Source: Dipteris shenzhenensis (taxonomy: Eukaryota). Taken from it: 64,000 nucleotides of DNA. Location of the stretch: NCBI GenBank assembly GCA_047967505.1, contig CM106538.1, one strand, 5' to 3'. Shown here piece after piece: positions 50,641 to 63,378 of this stretch. The translations under genes were made by a program, and so were the position numbers. Under the pieces are notes generated by a model. The model worked only from the letters and a program-made list of their open reading frames with translations, was not told the DNA's origin and did no database searches. Position 1 is the first letter of the stretch; every line of letters starts with the position of its first letter.

Positions 50641-52303
50641 CCACCTATATAAAGGGACGTCAATATGTGCATCCTATCTTTCTTGATCCCCCTCGGCAAA
50701 ATCATGAAGTCATGAATGAACACTTTAGTTCAATGTACATGTAAATGTGTGTAGCATTAAGCCATTTGTATTCGATTGTCAATTTTGGGGTGAGAAATAG
50801 AAGAAGGTTGAATCCAATCCATGTACATAACTTTTCTCAAAGTGCTTTGCATTGGAGAACCCAATGGAGTGCAAGAAAACCAACAAAAAAATGCAAGAAT
50901 TGGGTAAATGTCAGTAGAGTCGAGAGGAGCTAAAAAATGCAAGAATAAAATCTTAGCTAAGATACCAACAAAAAAAGAAGAGTGGATCATTGAGTCCAAA
51001 GCTGAGACAAGAAAGCTTGATCTGATCATTGAAGAAGACAAATCCTTGATCGAGGGAAGTGAACAGGCTAAACAATTTTCCACCATCAACACCAAACAAA
51101 GAGAGAAATAGTGGAGTGACCAAGAGAGTTAAAGAACCCTACCTTTAGCGAGTTTGGGCCCCGTTTTGGTAGGTTTTGGCAGGAACAAGGAAGTGAATCC
51201 TCACCACCATCACAAGGAAAAAGACAAACCAACAAAAACAAGTCAAGATGGACAAATTTGGGGCCAATCTCATAATTGATCTCTATAAGCTAGAAGACCT
51301 TCATATCTTAGAATCTTGAGATGTCTAAACTGATTTGAAGAGCTCTCCCAACGTGGAGAATTTGAAGAGTTATTCAAAAAATTAAGTCTTTGAACATCTT
51401 TACAAAAAGTGACCTACCTACTATGTGAATGCCTCACTAGAAGAGTTTGAGGAGGCCTAGAAACAAGGGCCTACCAAGCTAGATTGATGACCTCCTAGAA
51501 GTTCTTGAAGAGCTCTACAAAAATAAAATATGAGCTAGAAGTATGCTTATGCCTTGCCTAAAGCAAGGGATTTCCTCTCCTTTGACCATGTTAGAAAGCG
51601 AGAGGAAGAAATGCACACACATTTGCTACACAAATTGAGTTGTTGCAATAGAATTGATCAACACCTATGACCTTGCCATAATGACCTTCCAAGCCAAGGG
51701 AAAAAATATTGCCATTAGAAAGTTTGAAGTGGACTTGAACTTCAAGGTTGTTGAAGTGGTATTGAACTTTAGGATACTATGTGATACAATAAGTTCCAAG
51801 AGCCTACCACATCCAAGGTGATGACCTCTTCCTAGAGGGAACTTGGTTTCAAGGCCAAGTCTATGTCATGAGTACTTCTTCCATTTCCTATCAAAGAAAA
51901 TCAAATAAAGACACTAGAAACATGCACGCCTAGGGTGTTGGTACAAAAAACATTGAAGGTGGCCATAGCAGTCCATGTGAACTTAGGTGAAGCTATTAAT
52001 CACATAGATCCAAGCCCAATTAGAGAAGCTCAAAGTGTGGAAGCAAAAAGCATGTAGGTTGGGAACATACTTGCACCTTCTTGAATAAATGGGGGAAGAT
52101 TTGTGGAAACAACCACCAAATGAAGCTATAAATTTATGGGATGAACTCTTCAACAAATCCCAAGGCCTCAAGAAACGAACCGACAACCTGTGGAGTAGCT
52201 AATTTTGGCAATAACAAGCCAAACAATAAGGAAAATAGCTAGAGCAAGATTCATAGCCTTAGCCTCAACCACAATCATCCCAAGGAGTGTAGAAAAATAA
52301 ATG

Positions 52304-52922
52304 ATCAAAGGTAGATAAGGACAAGAACCCAATAGCTAAATAGGAAAAAGTAAGAGGATCCCTATCACAAAATTTCCAGATTGGCTGATGGAAGCCACAC
52401 ATAAAACCCTTGCCTACCTTGCCCCTAATGAATATCAATCTTCAAAAACAACCAGTGTAAAATGGTATTTCTATGAATATGGCCATGTTGTAAGACAATA
52501 AATCAATGCCTTGTGCCATATTTAAGACAAGTTCAAGCCCCCTAGTGTGGTAGGGTTCTAGGTGCACCATGACAATGAAGAAAACAAATGATTCAAAGCT
52601 ACGTATGTAAAATAAATTATCAAAGGTAGATAAGGACAAGAACCCAATAGATAAACAGGGCAAAGTAAGAGGATCCCCATCACAAAATTTCTAGATTGGC
52701 TGATGGAAGTTGCACATAAACCCCTTGCCTACCTTGCCCCAATTGAATACCAATCTTCAAAACCAACCAATGTAAAATGGTAATTCTATGAATATTGCCA
52801 TGTTGTAAGACAATAAATCAATGCCTTGTGCCATATTTAGGACAAGTTCAAGCTTCTTAGCGTGGCAAGGTTGTAGGTGCACCATGACAATGAAGAAAAA
52901 AAATGATTCTAAGCTACATGTG
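52304..52922 (+). repeat. 315-bp tandem duplication inside a decayed retroelement-like region (degenerate zinc-knuckle trace)
   Basis: atcaaaggtagataaggacaagaacccaatag... at 52304 and 52619; YEYCHVVRQ*INAL resembles a decayed CCHC; a second ~170-bp-period duplication lies at ~53210-53495. Confidence 0.85.
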
Positions 52923-54027
52923 TGGCCCTCCAAAACAAACAAGTAAGACAAAATTGGACAAAGCAAGGGACATTAAAGAAAAATCCCATCCATTTCACAA
53001 AGAGAAGAAGTAGAGTGTGAATTCAAGACATTTAAAAAGGAATCTTAACAAGATGAAGCACATTAACAAGAAGACAAAACATTGGGCATAATCTACAAGA
53101 CACTAGACATGGTCAAAAGAGAAATGTCAACCTCAAGTCCCAACACCAAATCTTGGAATTCCAAGTCAAAAGCCATAGAAAAATCTCTAGTGTCTAATTA
53201 AAGTTCTCAATCAAAGGATTGACAATATTTGAAAGCATTCATGAATACAGGGACAAATTTTAGGCTGAACTGGAGGAGCTTCTATAATTATTGAGGAAGT
53301 CAATAGAGCCCTTTGAACCAAATCCAAGTCCTAGTGCCAAGAGTTAAGCTTTCTGAAGTCTAATCCAAGTTATCAACAACCAAAGGATCAACAATCTTTG
53401 AAAGAATTCATGAATAAAGGGACAAATTATAGGCTAAAGTGGAGGAGTTTCTACAATTATTGTGAAGCTAATAGAGCCGTTTGAACTAAATCTAAGATGA
53501 GATGAAGATCTCAATTTACGTGCAACAAGAGAATCCATAGTGACCATGCCATCAACCTAAATGGGCATCCACAGTGACCACCCCATCAACCTCAATAGTC
53601 ACGGCCACCCTATTGAGAAGAAATCCACAAGCATAAGGCAGAGCCAAGGAGGCAAAATTTTAAGAGCAGACAAAGGCAAATGAAGCCACCTAAAAGACAC
53701 TCCTTGAGCATCAATTGATCATAGAGTTAAAGGAACAAGAACAAAGCTCAGTAGTTAATCTCACTAAGGTTGAGGCTAAAGAATTTGCTAGCCACCAATG
53801 AGAAACATGGAAAAGTGTGATTTAGATTTGAATTGTGAAGGCCCAAAGATTCAAGAGGTGGCATCCAATCATCAATCCATAATACTAGATATAGACCTCC
53901 CTATAAAAAATGTCACTCTAACCCTTGTAATTCATGACTCTTTTATTCAAACAAGGACCTCTAGATATATGGTTTTTGTCAGTCATTTGCTACACTTGAG
54001 CAACACAAAAGCATACCAACATAATCC

Positions 54028-54410
54028 TTGTTGATATGGCCCTTACCCCCTTAGGGGGAAGGCACATATTGAAAAACCATATATAATTAGTGACAAAAGG
54101 GGATACTTGCATTAGACAAACCCTTCGCTTGACCTCACTATTGTGTCCTTGTCAATATGGCCCTTAAGAGGTCCCCTTTAGGAGCAAGGGCCATATTGAC
54201 AAACCACATACAATTCATGACAAAAGGGGATACTTGCAGACAAACCCCTTGCTTGACCTACTATTGTGTACAACTCAATATGACAATGAAATGTGCTTTT
54301 AAATTGAAATAGCTTCCACTTTGCTCCCCATGATTGAAAACATCATTATAACCCCTATAAAGGGGACACTTGCATTCAACAAACCCATTGCTTGACCTCA
54401 ATATTCTAAA
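54028..54410. repeat. About three diverged ~120-bp units, one containing a perfect 17-bp hairpin
   Basis: aaaaggggatacttgca..caaaccc..gcttgacct recurs three times; stem TTGTCAATATGGCCCTT (54149-54165) / AAGGGCCATATTGACAA (54186-54202). Confidence 0.8.
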
Positions 54411-54499
54411 CAACTAAAATAACAAAGCATGGTGCTTTTGAACTGCAATATCTTCCACTCCACTCCCTCTACACGCAAGATACAATCGCACCATACCCA

Positions 54500-55066
54500 T
54501 CCTAGATAACTTTGCCCACTTCTTTTAGAAGCTTCTTTATCTTCTCCTTTTCAATGTTGGTGTATTTTTTAATCCACTTCATCATTCTTCTTTTTGTTGT
54601 CCAATTCTCAGATCAACACCTTCTTCTTTTATAGGGTTTCATGTTCCCCTTTTTGATGTCAATAAATCTGTTCAGCAATTCATCATACCTCCTCATTGGG
54701 CATGTACTCTCCATGTTGTGAACTCATCTCCTTGAATGAGGCCAGTCATCAACCAAAACCAAAACATCTTGTGCATTTCTGAGCTCATTGGTCAACACCC
54801 TCATTCATGCCACAAAGTTGTACATTGATTTGCCTTTTTGTTGGTTGAGCCAGTTGAGCCTTAGTAATACATCTTCCTTGCTGAATTCATGTTGGAACCT
54901 TTTTAGAAACATAGGATTCAACTCATCCCACATGGCAAATGCTTATTAGGATACGAGTCATACCATTTGATGGTTTTGTTGGCAAATTACATCAAGTACT
55001 TTTCTTGTAGATTGACTTGCAGGATCATAGGCATTTGCAAAAAAATTTACAAATGGGATTGGGGAC
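54500..55066 (-). mobile_element. Decayed Ty3/Gypsy gag fragment
   Basis: AFAMWDELNPMFLKRFQHEFSKEDVLLRLNWLNQQKGKSMYNFV resembles Retrotrans_gag (WxxLxxxFxxxF...LxQxxxESV). Confidence 0.7.
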
Positions 55067-55797
55067 TCTCTCCTTGTGTCCCATGAATTTTTTATGCTTC
55101 AGTCATATTTTCATCCTCGTGTTGCCTAGGCTCTCGGTAATGGGCTTAGTGGTGCTCCAAAATCTAATTAATTTTTTGTTGATTTTTTTGTCTGGTGAGA
55201 GATCCATTTAAGTGAAATAGTTTTGAAGAGGAAGGTAGTGGTTGTAGTCTTCCATTATTATTTGTACCTTTTTTGGCTCTAAGTTCTATAATAAGGAATT
55301 TTTAGCTTCAACCTTTGAAGTATCTTTAACTAGCATAGTGTTGAAGCTTGCACAACCTCCCTAGGGCCTTAAATCCTTAATGAATGCATTCACATATGCT
55401 TGAGCTTATCAATAATGAGGTTATCAGTTTGATACGATGCTTACTGATAACCTCATATTATTTTTAAGCTCAAGACTGATAACCTCATATTATTTTTAAG
55501 CTCAAGCATATGTGAATGCATTCATTAAGGATATAAGGCCCTAGGGAGGCTGTGCAAAGCTAAAAATTTCTTATTATAGAGCTTGGAGCCAAAAAAGGTA
55601 CAAATAATAATGGAAGACTACAACCACTACCTTCCTATTTAAAATTATTTCACTCAAATGGATCTCTCACTAAACAAAAAATTCAACAAAAAATAATTAG
55701 ATTTTGGAGCACCACCGAGCCCATTATCGGGAGCCTAGGCAATATGAGGATGAAAATATGAATGAAGCATAAAAAATTCATGGGACACAAGGAGAGA
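55067..55797. repeat. Fold-back inverted repeat: arms 55067-55428 and 55443-55797, 14-nt loop
   Basis: Reverse-complement match over ~320 bp; ~40-bp insertion in the left arm; 32-bp tandem duplication at 55443-55506 in the right arm. Confidence 0.95.
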
Positions 55798-55979
55798 TGA
55801 TAACCTTCCATCCAACAATCTTTGCTTCTTCCTTCCATCCAGCAATTTTCATGTTGCAAAGCAGCTTTTTCAACTGCCATCGATGCCCCGCCATTGGAAG
55901 AAATAATCCAAGACCTTCCACATTGCGATTTCCACACTTAACGTCAAGCATGTTGGTGATTTTAGAGGAGGCTTCTTAA

Positions 55980-56690
55980 GACCATAGGGAGCCGCAAATT
56001 TTTCGATCGGGAGACTATTTTCACGCTTTCCATAAAACTTGATTGAAGAATTCTACTGCGTGGGAATGCCCTCTAAGGAAGTATATTAGGGAATCAATGG
56101 AACGTGTGTTGGATAAGCACGATAATTTGATTACCCAAATTTGGCATGTTGCCGAGGTGTTCCATTCAGAGCTTAGTGGCATTGTGGTGGGCAACTCGCA
56201 TATTCAAGATGATTGTTGGTAAGAGAATTTGAGGGCATTCCTTTTGAGGGTGAAGTCTAGAGTTTTAAAAGGACAAAGATGCTTATTAGAGCAAGGCCTT
56301 TCTCACAGATTGAACTATGGGAGGCTATGTCTTGCATGGAGAAAGGTAAAATCTCTTGGTCCTAATACATCTAGATTCTTTGTGACATTTTGGGATGTTT
56401 TGAGCTTAATTTGGTGGACATGGCTACCACTTCTTTCTGTAGAGGTACTCTCTCAAAAAATGTCAATGTAGACTTGGTTAAGTTCTTCCCTTGTGGGGGA
56501 TTAGAGACTAATAAGTATGCATAATACTTCGTATGAAAGTATTGATAAGGTGCTTGCCTTGAGAATTTAAAATTTATGCATCTCAATGGTTGACATGGAG
56601 CAGAATAGATTCATCAAATCAAGGGGTATCTTTGAGAATCTATTGAATGAGTGTGCAACTATGGATTATGCCTGCATTGGAATTGCAAGT
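55980..56690 (+). mobile_element. LINE (L1/Tx1-like) reverse transcriptase N-terminal remnant
   Basis: KSLGPNTSRFFVTFWDVL (KSPGPDG..FF..FW) and YESIDKVLALRI*..VDMEQNRFIKSRGIFENL (YKxLAxxLAxR..EQxGFIxGRxIxxN). Confidence 0.75.
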
Positions 56691-56939
56691 GAGTGTAAGC
56701 AACCTTATGTCTTTGGAAGGATAAATGCGTTGTCTTGTGGGATGGGAGCATGATAGAGACCATTGGAAGGTTCTAGGGTTAGAAGGAGTCCAAGGTTTAG
56801 AAGGAGGTTCCAAGGTTTTAGGGTAGAGTACATGGTGGAGAACTCGTCTCCCTCGTAGATCATGGAGTTTAAGGGTTGAGGAACAAAGGGTTTAAGGGGA
56901 GCATAGGAGTGGGAGAGGAAGGTGTAAGAGCATGGGGGA

Positions 56940-57102
56940 AAGAAGAGAGAGGAGGGAGGAGGAGGAGGAGGAGGAGGAGGAGGGAGGAGGAGAGACGAGG
57001 AGGAGAAGGGAGGAGGAGAGAGGAGGAGGAGGAGGTGGGAGGAGAAGGAGGAAGAGGGAGGAGGAGAAGGGAGGAGGAGGAGGGAGGAGGAGAGGGAGAG
57101 GA
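56940..57102. repeat. (GGA)n purine-rich low-complexity tract
   Basis: Directly visible. Confidence 0.95.
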
Positions 57103-57287
57103 TGGGTTGCAAGTGGACGTGGAGTGCAAGGAAGCATGGACACTTGAGACAATTGCTTGGAATACCAAAGTAGAACTCAACACAATACCCCAAAGAGTGT
57201 GGACTTCATTCCATTATGAAGTATATATACAAATTGGAGAGCTTCTCTCTCTGCATGTAGGAAGTGTAACACATTCTCTCTCTATAT

Positions 57288-57624
57288 GTAGAACTTGCAT
57301 GTAGAACTCGCATGTAGAACATGCACGTACAATTTGTATGTAGAACTTGCATGTAGAACTCGCATGTACAAGTCATATGTAGAAGTCGTATGTACAACTT
57401 GCATGTAGAACTTGCATGTACAAGTCGCATGTAGGAGTTGCATGTAGAAGTCGTATGTAGAAGTCATATGTACAACTTGCATGTAGAACTTGCATGTACA
57501 ACTCGCATGTAGGAGTTGCATGTAGAAGTCATATGTAGAACTTGCATGTAGAACTCGCATGTACAACTCGCATGTAGGAGTTGCATGTAGAGGTCGTATG
57601 TAGAACTTGCATGTAGAACATGCA
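57288..57624. repeat. 13-bp minisatellite, ~26 copies, consensus GTAGAACTTGCAT
   Basis: gtagaacttgcat gtagaactcgcat gtagaacatgcac gtacaatttgtat ... Confidence 0.95.
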
Positions 57625-57699
57625 AGTTGGATTTCTAAGAGGGATTATTTCTAGCCTTATGCAAGTACAAGTAGAGCTTTGCCGCTACTCTACACACAC

Positions 57700-58990
57700 A
57701 TTCTGTTTTACCTAAGTCCATGTTGTGGCACAGAGACAACATGTGGTGTGTTGCAGAGCATGGTATGAGATGCACGGAAAACCAAAGACATCATTTTATC
57801 GATACAGGTAGAAGTTTGAGAATGGTGCACAATGATATGTGTTGAGAATATAGGGGTTGTGAGGAGGAGTAGGGAGGACACAAGTATGGGATTTGGGTAG
57901 GGCTTTCATGCAAGAATTTATGGCAGACAACATGCCTCACAATTTGTGGAGGACAACTCAGAGCATATGTCTCACAAGAATAGAACCATGTTGGATGGTT
58001 CTAGAGAGACACAATTAGTGATACCAAAAGTAAATAAGTAGACAGACATCCTACGTGAGGTCAACACTTTGCTTAAGTGATGCGGTTATGAGAGCCTATC
58101 CGCATTTACATTTGGTAGGATTTAGAACACAGAGTTGAAGAATATAGCCCTTGCTAAGAATACTGAATTTTCCAAGTGTGTATGGAATCAAGGCTTAGTT
58201 GGCAGCCACAAAAAGTCAAGGAGAGCACAATTTGCTGATGGAGGAAATAAGAAGCACATGATACAGTAGGCAGAGTTGCAGGAACTTAACTACAGATAGC
58301 ATAAGTACTCTAAGATGGATCCAAATAAATACAAGTGCATAATCCATGATAAGATGGACCAAAAGAATACACTGATTCTCCATGGACATGGACATGGTCA
58401 TTATGGGCACTTTACAGTCAATAGTTTGTGGGCCATCTAGCCCCAAACTTAAAATGAGACCCCTTTCATTTTGTTTGTGCAACCTAGAGAGGATGTAAAC
58501 ACATGAACTTGGAGACCTTTATATCGATGGGATTCCAAGAAGCAATGATCACTTCTAAATGCATTGGACTATCACCAAAGTTTTGAAGGTAAGAATCTTT
58601 CCAGTATGGGTGGCTCATGTGAAATTGTTATGATTACATGATAAAAAATGCAGATCTAGAGACATTAGATGGTGATCCAATGTTTACCATTAATATCATC
58701 ACATGGACATGAAAACCCACCCTCTCTAGATGGAAATGTTACTCTTGAATCCCCTTTCCAAAAGCTACTCCAGAACTTCCTACTCCATCTAGACAATTGT
58801 GCATCAGAGAACAAGAATAGATACTTATTTGCATACCTTTCTCTACTAATAGCAAGGGGCGTTTTCAAGATTATTCGGTTGGTCTTCTTGATGGTAGGGC
58901 ACAAACATGAGGACATTGATGGCATGTTTAGCAAGTTCTATGAGAAATTACGAGTGGGTCAAATATTCACCTTTCCACTCAAGACCTTCC
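57700..58990 (+). mobile_element. Decayed DDD/E transposase of the LDNC..ENKN..GHTHEDID type (DUF7869-like; probably Sola-related)
   Basis: ADNMPH, EFSKC, CIIHDKMDQKNT, LHLDNCASENKNRYLFAYLSLLIARGVFKIIRLVFLMVGHKHEDIDGMFS; superfamily assignment is from recall, not a search. Confidence 0.75.
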
Positions 58991-58994
58991 AAGG

Positions 58995-60249
58995 GTGCCA
59001 ATCAACAAACTGGGCCAATACTTTGAGAGTGATGACATGAACGCAGTGTTATCCATCTCCTTTTGTGATCATAAAGCTACAGTAATCTTAGATGGAGGAG
59101 CAAGTGTTAGCATCAACATGAAACAATGTTGGGAAAAGTGGGGAAGTCCCAACCAAGAGAGTACTTCCTTGGTAGTTAAATTAGATGATGGAGGCACAAC
59201 TCATCCCATAGGAGTGCTCAAATACATTAAAATCAAAACCTTTGATCTCCCATATCTAGTGTGCCTTGTTGTAATGGATTTCCAAAACAACCGTGGGTAT
59301 GAGGCTATACTAGGGAAACCTTTCTTGTGTATGGTAGGATTTTGGTGCTCCAACAACATTTATCTAAGGAAAGATCAACAAGTTGTGATGGTTGATCTCC
59401 AAACATGGAAGGCTCACCCTATGTCCAGAAATGTATTTGCAGTTGAATCTAATACCACTCATAGGTATGTGCGAGTAAAGATGGTTAAAGCATATGATAA
59501 AGAGGACAATGAGAAGAGTCTTGATGAATCTTGGTGTGCTCCTTTACCCAAACTAGAAGACTCACTAAAATGGATGCATACATTGGCGACAATAGATCTA
59601 CCAACTACTGAGGGCACTTAGGCGATGCACCTTGGTGATGAACAACTTAACTCCATTACAAAATTTTACACCATAAGAGCCGTACTACCTAATCAAGTTG
59701 AACCTACAATTGATGATGTTATCGATCCTAACAAGATAGATATGACTCCCTCTCAAATTTGGGTAGAGATGACATTAGCAGGTGCAACATGCTAAATACA
59801 GGCCAGCGTATTGGCGAGCAAGCAATAACCTCATCTCCTGGGAAACATTAAAACATCTTAGCCAGGTACGTCTTCAAGTATATGATTCTGAAATTCAATC
59901 CATAGAGGTTACCTCTATTAAATTATTGGTTCTTTAATGTTGAATGTTTCCTTTGGACAATTATGTTGTGCCTTGCAAGTTTTTTGTAGTTCCTATAGGC
60001 ACCTTGAGGGCAGCTGCAATTCTTGATAAAAGTTTGATGCAAGACACTCAAAAAGGGTTATTTGGTGATGAGTCAACCCAAAAAGATGTGATAAGAATAC
60101 CAACCAGCCCAACATTCAAGTATCAACATCAACATCCAATCCCACTTCTCAACCTCCACAAGAGCCTCACTAGCAAAGGAAACATAGAAGAAGAGAAACC
60201 AAGCAAGTGTTGGTCCGAAAGGATCTACTAGAGGCCTAAGGGTACTTTG
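58995..60249 (+). mobile_element. Decayed Gypsy-type aspartic protease region, interrupted by Copia solo LTRs and probably continuing to ~63100
   Basis: ATVILDGGASVSINMKQCWEKWG..VKLDDGGTTHPIGVL..VVMDF..YEAILGKPFL. Confidence 0.75.
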
Positions 60250-60968
60250 TGTTAGATATCAATGCTCCACTCTCGTGTAACTATGTGGGAACCAGCTAAC
60301 TCTACTTGTAAGCCCCCCATATGAGGAGAAGGCATTTGAGTAGCTCGGTTATCCGGTAGGTCCTGGTTTGGACACCAGATGGGGGCCATGTGTGGCCTGA
60401 TGGCTAGACGGAGTTGGCACACTGCCAACTAGGCTACATGCAAGTGCGGGAAGGAATCCCATGACTGACCGCATTGAGGGTAGATGGAGCTTTTCCAGGG
60501 GCAGCCCTCTCAGGTTGCGGGGCCCATTTGGAGTCCCAGATGATCTCAGATAGCTGTGGGCTGAACGGCGACCGTAGGATAGTTGCTCTGTTTTACGCCA
60601 TGGTACTATCGTGTGGTCGGTGGCCTATTTTAGGACCGACCCCCAATCGACTGTTTTGGGTGAACTGGGTTGGTTACCACATTGGGTCTAACTGACTATG
60701 ACTAGTGGCTATATAAGAGCAAGCCTGTGAAGCCCATTTCATCATTAGCTACAGCAACCCTGATTCCTTAGCATCCAGCCTCCGTCCTCTACTATTTCCA
60801 GCTCGCCATCGAAGCTTCTTTCATAGGAGCGCATGGTTGGGAGGCAGCGCCATCTATTGTATCAGTTCTACAATAATCAAATTTTTGATTCTCCATACTA
60901 TCTATTTTCTCTCTTGCGTACGAGATCTTGTTATCTGTTGAGCACGGACATTGTATTGTTTTCTTACA
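60250..60968 (+). mobile_element. Solo LTR of the Copia family at 35241, TSD CTTTG
   Basis: TGTTAGATATCAATGCTCC...TTTTCTTACA; CTTTG at 60245-60249 and 60969-60973; collinear with the 5' LTR. Confidence 0.96.
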
Positions 60969-61940
60969 CTTTGAAGGTGAATCATACATTTGGGTTCCAA
61001 GGAAACCGCAACATCAAAAGCCACCAAAATATGTAAAGAACAAACCCTGACATTGAAGAACCAAATGACGTCATCCCAAAAGGAAGGTACATTACCAATG
61101 GGTTCCCACAAGACTACTAGAGGCCCAGGGATATTACCTTGGAAACACTTATATTTGGGTACCCAAGGTACTTAGTGCAACAAGAGTACCTCCATCATCC
61201 TCTAGCAGTAATGACAAGGTGCTCAATAAAGAGCAAAAGAAAGAATGGATGCCTGAGCCTCTAAAATATTTATCATCAACAAACGAGAGGCCAACGTCAA
61301 TTTCATGCTTTTCAATTATGAAAAGTCAAGGCAAAGATTGGAGAGCAGAACCACAAGAACCTCCCTTGCAAAAGGTAGAACCACAAGAACTTGCTCACAA
61401 GGACAAGGGAAAAGCACCAATAAAAAGAGGATCACACACCATGGTTATTTTGTACCTCCCATTAGGTAGTTACACAAGAACTTGTCTCCAAAAAGGGGAC
61501 AGTAAACAGAAGAGCCTACTCAATCACTAGTCTGTCAAAAAGTCATTGAATTTCACTGCATCTTCTTCAAGGCAAATGGTAGTTACACAAGAACCTATCA
61601 CCAAGAAATAGATAGTAGCACAAGAACCTGCCATGAAAACAAGGGAATCTACTTTGAAAGCTGCACAAGAACCTTCCTTAGTAAGAAATTTGGCATCAAG
61701 CTTTGTGACAACTACACAAGTCACACCAACCATGCCATTCACACAAGAACCTTCCAATGAGAATGATGAATTATTTTCACTGGCAAGTTTCTCAGAAGCA
61801 ACTTGGGCTCAACAAAAACAAAAGATCTCTGAGACATTGTGGTCCTACTCCCATTTGATGCATAGAACATATATCACTTTATTATAGTGAGTATCATAGA
61901 ATTTATACATTTGGGAGATCACAATGTTCAATGGTGCAAC

Positions 61941-62665
61941 TGTAAGAAAACAACACAACGTCTGTGCTCAACAGATAACAGGATCTCGTATGCAAGAGAG
62001 AAAAACAGATAGTATGGAGAATCAAAAATTTGATTACTGTAAAACTGATACAATAGATGGCGCTGCCTCCCAGCCATGCGCTCCTGTGTGAGAAGCTTTG
62101 ATGGTGTGTTGGAAACAGTAGAGGACGGAGGCTGGATGCTAAGGAATTAGGGTTGTTGTAGCTAGTGATGATTATGGGCTTCATGGGCTTGCTCTTATAT
62201 AGCCACCAGTCATAGTCGGTTAGACCCAATTGGGTGATCGACCCAATCTGCCCAAAACGGCCGACTGGAGGTCAGCTCGAAATAGGCCATTAACAACATG
62301 ATAGAACCGTGGTGCAAAATAGAGCAACTATCCTATGGTCTCCGTTCAGCCTAGAACCATCCAGGATCATCTGGTGCTCCAAACAGGCCCTGCAACCTGA
62401 GAGTGGGCTGCCCCAAGAAATGCTCCGTCTACCCTCAATGCAGTCAGTCATGGGATGTCTTCCCATGGGGGCCATGTGTGGCCTGATGGCTAGACGACTT
62501 CAGATAGAGTTAGCACACTACCAACTAGGCTACATGCTGGTTTCCAAACCAGGACCTACCGGATAACCGAGCTACTCAAATGCCTTCTCCTCATATGGGG
62601 GGCGTACAAGTAGAGTTAGTTGATTCCCGCATAGTTATACAAGAGTGGAGCATTGATATCTAACA
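61941..62665 (-). mobile_element. Solo LTR of the same Copia family (inverted), TSD GCAAC
   Basis: TGTAAGAAAA...GCATTGATATCTAACA on the plus strand; GCAAC at 61936-61940 and 62666-62670. Confidence 0.96.
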
Positions 62666-63378
62666 GCAACACTGACAATAAGTACACCTTGGTGGTAGAT
62701 CCACAAGAACTACTCCTAAAAATGGAGTAACTCCACAAGAACCTGTTGCAATGAAAGAATTCAAGGGACTTCAAGCAATGTTGCTACCAATGGGAAAACT
62801 TCTTGCCAACAACAAGATCTCAGTGACACTTCTTCCCTGTGATTATCAAAAAAATATGAGGACCAAAATAGTGATATAATTCATATTCCTCATGGTGGTC
62901 TACAAGGTGATGTCCTTCCTAGGTTCAAGTCACAATTGGTCAATACATCACACACTGTCATACTAATACACTCATAGTTACTAAGGCTATTTCAGTGACT
63001 AGGAACTCACTTCCAAGTGCTTGGTCTCAGTGTGTCCATTGGTCCTTGCTAGTGAGAACCAACTTTTGAGCTTACTGACTCTAAGGATGCCAAGCTAGGT
63101 ACGAAAGTCAACAAGATGGTATTTGAGGTAGTGTCTTCAGGCTCAGGGTGAGCTTGTAGGACTCTTCTTGGTCTCAAGATCATGTGTTCATTGGCGCAAT
63201 TGAGGCCCTAATTCTAGGTTGAGTGCACCTTGACATAGGTCAAGGGGCAACAGGCCCTTGTGCATGCAAATTTTATCATTTCCCGATGCTCGGGGTCCCA
63301 AATTTTAGGTGCTAGATTACACTTATATCCCTTCTTTTTCTTGATTTTGGTGTTTCTAGAGCTTTTTGTCTAGATGGG

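Noticed and set aside
56705-57304. Pro/Ser-rich or Glu/Arg-rich proteins
   Set aside because: Translations of a (GGA)n low-complexity tract.
57288-57624. CRISPR array or repetitive protein (ORFs 57206..57430, 57282..57566)
   Set aside because: Contiguous 13-bp minisatellite with no spacers; the ORFs are by-products of the repeat.
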